From Vulcanimicrobiota bacterium (GTDB taxonomy: Bacteria; Vulcanimicrobiota; Vulcanimicrobiia; Vulcanimicrobiales; Vulcanimicrobiaceae): DNA of 64,000 nucleotides. Of the stretch, positions 58,641 to 64,000 are shown one piece after another. Where the stretch lies: assembly GCA_963820825.1 (NCBI GenBank), contig CAWGBN010000007.1, positions 192,001 to 256,000 of the forward strand, given 5' to 3'. The translations under genes and the position numbers were made by a program. How positions within the stretch are numbered: the first letter of the stretch is position 1; each line of letters opens with the position of its first letter. Under the pieces are notes generated by a model. That model had not been told where the DNA came from, made no database searches, and saw only the letters and a list, made by a program, of their open reading frames with translations.

Positions 58641-60311
58641 TTAGATCGAGTAGTTCCACGGATCCCAAAAGCCCGAGATTACCGGGGATGGATCGAAGCC
58701 CTTCAAGTCGGTGTTGTAGACGAACGGAAATCGCTGGAAGTAGATGATGATCGTCGGCACGTCGAGCGCCAGCTGCTGCTGAACGATGACGTAATCGCGT
58801 TTACGCCGGCCTTGATCGATCGTATTCAACGCATCGGTCATCGCTTTCGTGGCCGCGGGATTGTCCCAGAACATGGCGTTCTGCCCGTGCGGTGCGAAGT
58901 TCGCTCCCGAGTAGATCGCGCTGTCGTCGGGGTCGGCGGCCCCAAGCCAGCTAAAGAGCGCGACGTCGTAGTGTCCGCCCTGCAAAATGCCGTTGGTCGA
59001 GTTGTCGAAAAATTGACTGGTAGGGTAGTTCTTGATGTCGGCTTGAATCCCGACGTCGCGCCACTGCCGTTGCAGAACGGTCTCGTTCTCTTTGCCGGCG
59101 TTCGATTCGGTCTGCGTGCTCATCGTGATCTCGAGTCGCTGACCGTCCTTCACCCGGATACCGCCGGGACCCATCTTCCATCCGTCGGCATCGAGGAGCG
59201 CGGCGGCCTTGGCCGGGTCGTACGGGTAGTGCACGATGTCGTCGGTATAGGCCCACGAATAGTGCGGCTGCTGATCGGTGAACGCCGGAATCGCCGACCC
59301 GTGCGCGACCTTTTGCACGATTTCGTTGCGATCGGTCGCGTACGCCAGTGCCCGGCGAACCTGTACGTCTGAAACGATGGGGTGACGGAGGTTGAAATCG
59401 ACGTGCGCCCAGGCAAAGGCGTCGACGCGTATGGCCTTCAGGCCGTTCTTCGGATCGGCGGCCATCGCCGCGTACTCGGGCCACTTGAGTCCGGTTCCCA
59501 TCGCGAGCATGTCGAGCTCGTGCGTCTCTAGCTGCGTCGCCGCCGTGTTCTCGTCGGGAAGAATCTTGTAGATGACTTTTTTCAGCTTCGGCGGACCGAG
59601 ATAGAAGTTCGGATTCGCGACCAGCTCGACGTCCTGGGCGCGGTTCCAGGCAACGACCTTGAAGGGTCCGCTTCCGACCGGGAGCGAGTTGTACGGCGCC
59701 GTGTTGAACGAGCCTTTGTCGTCGTTATACTTCGCCAGCAAGTGTTCGGGGAGGATCGGAGCGTTGCCGTTCACGCTCCAGAGCTGCTGCAGAAACGGGG
59801 CGTAGAGCCGCTTCATGTGGATCACGGCGATGTGCGGATCGCTGCAGTCGATGCTGCCGATGTCCTTGAAGCCGTCGGTCGTCACCACGTTGTTGTGCGT
59901 ATTCATGACGACTTGCCAAGTGAACTTGAGGTCGTTGCAGGTCAGCGCCACGCCGTCTTGCCATTTGATATTTGGCCGCAGCTTGTATTTCAAGGTCAAG
60001 CCGTCTTTGCTCACGTCGCCGTTGGCGATCGTCGGAATCTCTCGAAGCGCGTCGGGCACCGGATGCGCGTTCGCATCATAGCGAACCGTCCAGGAGAAGA
60101 TGAACATCGAGAGATCGAGCGTCGGCGACGCGGAATTCAACACCGGATTGAGATTCTTCGGATCGGAGAACTCAGAGAATCGCAGCACCCCGGGTTCGGT
60201 CCACGGATGCCCCGCCGCGCCCGGGCCTCCGCCCCCGGAGACTTTCGAACACCCTGCCGCGAGAACTGCGGCGCAGAGTGCAACCGCGGCGCACCGTAGC
60301 CTAAGAGTCAC
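58641..60311 (-). CDS. Family 5 ABC solute-binding lipoprotein (paralog)
   Basis: Lipobox AAGC; SKDGLTLKYKLRPNIKWQDG, GSGPF and VRRALAYATDR. Confidence 0.92.
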   Translation of the reverse strand: MTLRLRCAAVALCAAVLAAGCSKVSGGGGPGAAGHPWTEPGVLRFSEFSDPKNLNPVLNSASPTLDLSMFIFSWTVRYDANAHPVPDALREIPTIANGDVSKDGLTLKYKLRPNIKWQDGVALTCNDLKFTWQVVMNTHNNVVTTDGFKDIGSIDCSDPHIAVIHMKRLYAPFLQQLWSVNGNAPILPEHLLAKYNDDKGSFNTAPYNSLPVGSGPFKVVAWNRAQDVELVANPNFYLGPPKLKKVIYKILPDENTAATQLETHELDMLAMGTGLKWPEYAAMAADPKNGLKAIRVDAFAWAHVDFNLRHPIVSDVQVRRALAYATDRNEIVQKVAHGSAIPAFTDQQPHYSWAYTDDIVHYPYDPAKAAALLDADGWKMGPGGIRVKDGQRLEITMSTQTESNAGKENETVLQRQWRDVGIQADIKNYPTSQFFDNSTNGILQGGHYDVALFSWLGAADPDDSAIYSGANFAPHGQNAMFWDNPAATKAMTDALNTIDQGRRKRDYVIVQQQLALDVPTIIIYFQRFPFVYNTDLKGFDPSPVISGFWDPWNYSI

Positions 60312-61471
60312 GCAGATGCTTCCTCCTCGTCGTCGCCTGCGCGCATAGCCTCGGGATCGATACCGCGAGCCACGCAGAACTCGCGATAAGCCGCGGGCGC
60401 GATCTCGGATGGTTTGATCTCGCTGCGGCCGCCCCAGAAGACGTTGGTGTAGGCGAACGGGATTCCCGCTTCGCGCAGATGTGCGTCGATCGCGGCCTTG
60501 TGCGCCAGGACGACCGGCTTCTCGATGCCGTGCGCGACGGCCATGATGTTGACGTTACGGAACTCGGGTCCGCCCTCGCGCCAGTAGGCGTGGGTCATGA
60601 TGTAGTGGCGCCCGACTTCGCAGCCGGCCTCGATCTCGCGGCCCGGCGGCACGGCCCAGTGGAAGAGGGCGTTGTAGCGCGTGACGCGCTCGTTGCCGGC
60701 GGTAGGCTTGACGTGCTCGAGGAACGTCGAGAAGCGGCCGATGACGCCGCGCGCGTCGAGGGATCGCGCGATCTCGCAGAAGGTCTCGAGATCGACGCCC
60801 GCTTCGGCCGCGCGCGCGCGCCAGAGATCGCGGACGATTTCGGCGGGAGCAAACTCGCGCTTGAGCGCGACCAGGACGCGCCACTCCAGCTCCGAGAGCC
60901 GGACGATCGAGGTGAGGAGCGGTTGCGCCGGCTCCGGCGCGCGCGCACCCGGCTCGAGGCCGCGGCGCCGAACGTGGCCGACACCCAGGGTAAAGAGCAT
61001 CTTCGCGGGCATCAGGCGGACGCGCTCGGCGCCGACTTGGCCGCGCAGCCACTCGGCGTGCTTGGGCAGCGAATAATCCTGGGGAACTTTGAGCGTCGTC
61101 CAGAGCCGATAGGTGCTGCCCGGCGAGGCGGCGTCGGTCGTGCGAATGACGACGTGGCCGGAGAAGGGGTCCTCGCGGAACATGAACTCGAAGGCCGCGT
61201 CGAGCCGATCCGGCGCGATCTCCCATGCACAGAGCGCGCCGCGCGCGAGGTTCGTCGCGAGCATCGTCTGCCGAACGCGGCGAATCGTTCCGGCCCCCAG
61301 CATCGCGGCAACGCGCTCGAGCACCCTCTCGACGGGCACGCCGCTGCGCGCGGCGATCTCGCCGAACGGATCGACTTGGAATCCGGCGAGCCGGTCTTCC
61401 GAGACCGCGAGAATCGCCGCGTTGACCGGGTCAGAGATCGTTGCCGGCGGTTCGGCGGCCGGACGGATCAT
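60308..61471 (-). CDS. Fused two-unit Lrp/AsnC-like protein, probable siroheme decarboxylase AhbAB/NirDLGH type
   Basis: Two HTH+RAM units (DPFGEIAARSGV...GTIRR and RARAAEAGV...GVIGRF) and an HxYxR-type motif THAYWR. Confidence 0.65.
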   Translation of the reverse strand: MIRPAAEPPATISDPVNAAILAVSEDRLAGFQVDPFGEIAARSGVPVERVLERVAAMLGAGTIRRVRQTMLATNLARGALCAWEIAPDRLDAAFEFMFREDPFSGHVVIRTTDAASPGSTYRLWTTLKVPQDYSLPKHAEWLRGQVGAERVRLMPAKMLFTLGVGHVRRRGLEPGARAPEPAQPLLTSIVRLSELEWRVLVALKREFAPAEIVRDLWRARAAEAGVDLETFCEIARSLDARGVIGRFSTFLEHVKPTAGNERVTRYNALFHWAVPPGREIEAGCEVGRHYIMTHAYWREGGPEFRNVNIMAVAHGIEKPVVLAHKAAIDAHLREAGIPFAYTNVFWGGRSEIKPSEIAPAAYREFCVARGIDPEAMRAGDDEEEASA

Positions 61472-61477
61472 CCGAGA

Positions 61478-63112
61478 CTAGAGCTGAACGTCGCTCACAC
61501 CCGTCGCGTACAGATAGTTCTGCTCGGCAGTCTGCACGCCGTAAAGCGCCGTGATGTAGGCCGACTGCGCGGTCGTGAGATTGGCCTCGGCCGTAACGAC
61601 ATTGAGAATCGTCGTCGCGCCGACTTTATACTGCGCCTGTGTCGCGCTCAACGAGACCTGTGCGGCGACGAGCTCCGAACGCGCTTGCACGAGCGACGAG
61701 CGCGCCGAGATCAACGTCGCGAGCGCCGAGCGCACGTCGGATTCGACCGTCAGCTTCGTCGAGTTGAGGTTGGCGGTCTCTTGATCGAGTTGCGATGCCG
61801 CGACCGCGACGTTGTAGTTCGTCACGCCTTGGTCGTAGATCGGAATAGACAGATTCAGGCCGATCGTCTTGCTGTTGGACCAGCTCGCCGGGATCCCGTT
61901 CGGAGCCGCCGCTCCGGCCGGACAGAGTGAGATCGGAACGACGTTGCCTTTTTTGTCCGTCTCCGTGGTCGAGAAGCAGTCGATGAATTGACGGCTCACT
62001 CCGTCGCTTGCGCCCGCGGTGAGAATCGGGAATCGGGCGAGCTTGGCATAGCGTAGGTTCTCTTGGGCCGATTGAACGTTGTAGGCGGCTGCGAGGTAGT
62101 CGGGGCGCATAATGAACGCCCGCTTGAGCGAGGCTTCGTAGGTGGGATTCGGTGCGTTCGGCTGCCCCGTGATCTGCTGGGGAACGACCTCCGCGTCGGC
62201 GTCGAGACCCAGCGTCGTCGCAAACGACGCTTGTGCACCGATCGCGGTACCTTGAGCCGTCACGAGGTTGCCGCGTGCCTGCGCCGTCTGGAACTGCGCG
62301 GCCGCGATGTCGGACCGCGCCGCGGCACCGTTGCGAATCTGAGCCGCCGTCGAGGCTTCGTTCACTTCAAACTCGTGAACGAGCTGTGCGTCGGCCGTCA
62401 CCGTCGCGTTATCCTCGAGCACCGTGTAGTAGGCGTTGGCGACGTTGAAGGCAAGCGTCTGCAGTTGACGCAGCAGCGTCGCGCGACCCGCGATGTCGGC
62501 TTCCTTCGCCGAGCGAATGTTGGCGACCGTGCGGCCGCCGTCATAGATGAGCTGCGTAACGGTGATCGTCGCCGACTCGTTGGTCACGCTCGACTGCGAG
62601 TACGCCGCCGGCGTCGCCAAGCCGAAGGCCGCCGCTGGATTCGGGCCGGGGCTGCTCGTCGCTCGTCCGACGCTCGTACTGCTCGTCGTTCCGTTCGAAT
62701 ACTCGTTTCCTGCCTGGGCGTTCGCGCTCAAACCCGGATAGTAGGCTTGGACCGAGGAGGTGTATTTCGCGTGAATCGCCGCCCACTGCGCGTTTTGCAG
62801 CGCGAAGGTCGGCGAGAGCGCGACTGCGATTCGAATCGAATCCGTGAGCGTGATCGATTGCGGCACGCCCTTCTTCTGTCTGAGCTGCGCGACGTCGGGA
62901 GCGGGCGTGCCGTACGCGGGATACGGCAGCGGCGTTCCGCTGATGGTCGGCTGGGGAAGCGGCGACGGCATAATGATCCCGGGCACGCCTTGTATCTCGC
63001 CCGAACTTGGCGGCGGCGTCGGTACGGTCTGTGCGACGGCCACGCCGGTCACGGGGGTCCCCAGCACGAGCGCCGCTACGAGCGCTCGCGCGCGAAAACG
63101 TCCGCGATTCAT
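61478..63112 (-). CDS. TolC family outer-membrane efflux protein
   Basis: Signal peptide; QLIYDGG, VANAYY, RPD, LSIPIYDQG and QYKVGATTILNV. Confidence 0.9.
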   Translation of the reverse strand: MNRGRFRARALVAALVLGTPVTGVAVAQTVPTPPPSSGEIQGVPGIIMPSPLPQPTISGTPLPYPAYGTPAPDVAQLRQKKGVPQSITLTDSIRIAVALSPTFALQNAQWAAIHAKYTSSVQAYYPGLSANAQAGNEYSNGTTSSTSVGRATSSPGPNPAAAFGLATPAAYSQSSVTNESATITVTQLIYDGGRTVANIRSAKEADIAGRATLLRQLQTLAFNVANAYYTVLEDNATVTADAQLVHEFEVNEASTAAQIRNGAAARSDIAAAQFQTAQARGNLVTAQGTAIGAQASFATTLGLDADAEVVPQQITGQPNAPNPTYEASLKRAFIMRPDYLAAAYNVQSAQENLRYAKLARFPILTAGASDGVSRQFIDCFSTTETDKKGNVVPISLCPAGAAAPNGIPASWSNSKTIGLNLSIPIYDQGVTNYNVAVAASQLDQETANLNSTKLTVESDVRSALATLISARSSLVQARSELVAAQVSLSATQAQYKVGATTILNVVTAEANLTTAQSAYITALYGVQTAEQNYLYATGVSDVQL

Positions 63113-63114
63113 CG

Positions 63115-64000
63115 TCAGTGCACCGTGCCGCCGGCGGTGGCGGAGGGTGCACTGCCGTTGCTGACCGCGACGACGCTGCCGTCCTTGAGGGCATCGGGAC
63201 GCGTGGTTACGACCATCGTCCCGGGCTGGATCTTCGGGCTCATGACCTGCGAAAGCGTGTCGGTCTGCACGCCCACGCGCACCGGAACCGCCTGGGCCTT
63301 ATTGTCGGCGACGATGTAGACGATGTTGCCGGCCGGCGTCTGCGCTACCGCGTTGCGCGGCACGACGATCGCGTTGGCGGCGTGCGCTTTCGTCACCGTC
63401 GTCGTGACCAGCATGCCGCCGCGTAAAACATATCCCGGATTGCGCACTTCGAGCCTCGCGAGATAGGAGAGGGTTCCCGCCGTCGGCACCAGGTTCACGG
63501 TTTGGACCGGTCCGGTGAACGTCCGTCCCGGCAGCGACGTCGACTGATACGTCACGGTGATTCCCGGATGGACGTACGGCAAATCCTCGTCAGGCACGTT
63601 CACGTTGATCCAGACCCTGTCGACGCGCGCCACTTGGAGGACGGGCTGCGAGGGCGAGGCGTAGGCGCCGGGGTCGACCAGGCGGTTCGCCACGACCGCG
63701 TCGTACGGCGAATACAAGAACGTCTGCGAGAGCTGCGTTGCAAGCAGATCGGCCTGGGCCGACGCCGCGGCGGCCTGAGCCTGCTGCGACTTCACGTTCT
63801 GCGCGCTCACCACGTTATTGCGCAGGCCGACGACCGAGTTGTTATACGTCTGCTGCGCTTGGACGTAGTTCGCTTGCGACTGCTGCAGCGTCGTCTCCGA
63901 AACGTATCCTTGTTTGTAGAGCTGCTTGTTCTGGTCGTAAACGAGTTTTGCGTTCTCCAACGACGCCTTGGCGGTCTGCACCGCGGCCTCGTTAGTCTGT
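63115..64000 (-). CDS. RND/ABC efflux periplasmic adaptor (5' part outside the window)
   Basis: SPYDAVV....DPG, VNVPDEDL, LRGGM and IVVPRNAV. Confidence 0.88.
   Translation of the reverse strand, partial: QTNEAAVQTAKASLENAKLVYDQNKQLYKQGYVSETTLQQSQANYVQAQQTYNNSVVGLRNNVVSAQNVKSQQAQAAAASAQADLLATQLSQTFLYSPYDAVVANRLVDPGAYASPSQPVLQVARVDRVWINVNVPDEDLPYVHPGITVTYQSTSLPGRTFTGPVQTVNLVPTAGTLSYLARLEVRNPGYVLRGGMLVTTTVTKAHAANAIVVPRNAVAQTPAGNIVYIVADNKAQAVPVRVGVQTDTLSQVMSPKIQPGTMVVTTRPDALKDGSVVAVSNGSAPSATAGGTVH

Overview
High-GC bacterial chromosomal window. Gene style (TolC and outer-membrane barrel genes together with a Firmicute-like miaB-mutS-mutL-miaA order, many lipoproteins) suggests Ca. Eremiobacterota/Vulcanimicrobiota; this is an inference, not a measured placement. 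Layout: (i) 0.5-13.9 kb, a cluster of secreted/lipoprotein genes (two phosphoesterases, a clan GH-A glycosidase, beta-propeller-like proteins) ending at tmRNA; (ii) uvrC, dedA and tRNA-Pro; (iii) 18-32 kb, a cation-homeostasis block with two trkA genes, a NarL-type regulator, a GAF histidine kinase, a soluble tandem KdpD-N/USP protein, kdpFABC plus an extra small membrane peptide, an outer-membrane barrel, amtB and an NhaP antiporter; (iv) a radical SAM gene, dapF, miaA and mutL, then an inverted M-box riboswitch/NRAMP cassette, then mutS, miaB, der, plsY, efp and fumC; (v) tandem M55 peptidases, a LeuA-family synthase, NDH-2, a site-2 protease, a GT87, two family-5 solute-binding proteins, a fused AhbAB-like protein and TolC/RND adaptor genes. 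Several tracts carry dense indels, including in the essential gene der, which look like sequencing errors. Best leads: a non-canonical Kdp control system (no KdpE, duplicated KdpD sensor/Ser-kinase module, candidate operators); a palindromic repeat family found both between genes and in-frame just after lipoboxes; and unannotated small ORFs under M-box control. No CRISPR array, integrase or transposase was seen.
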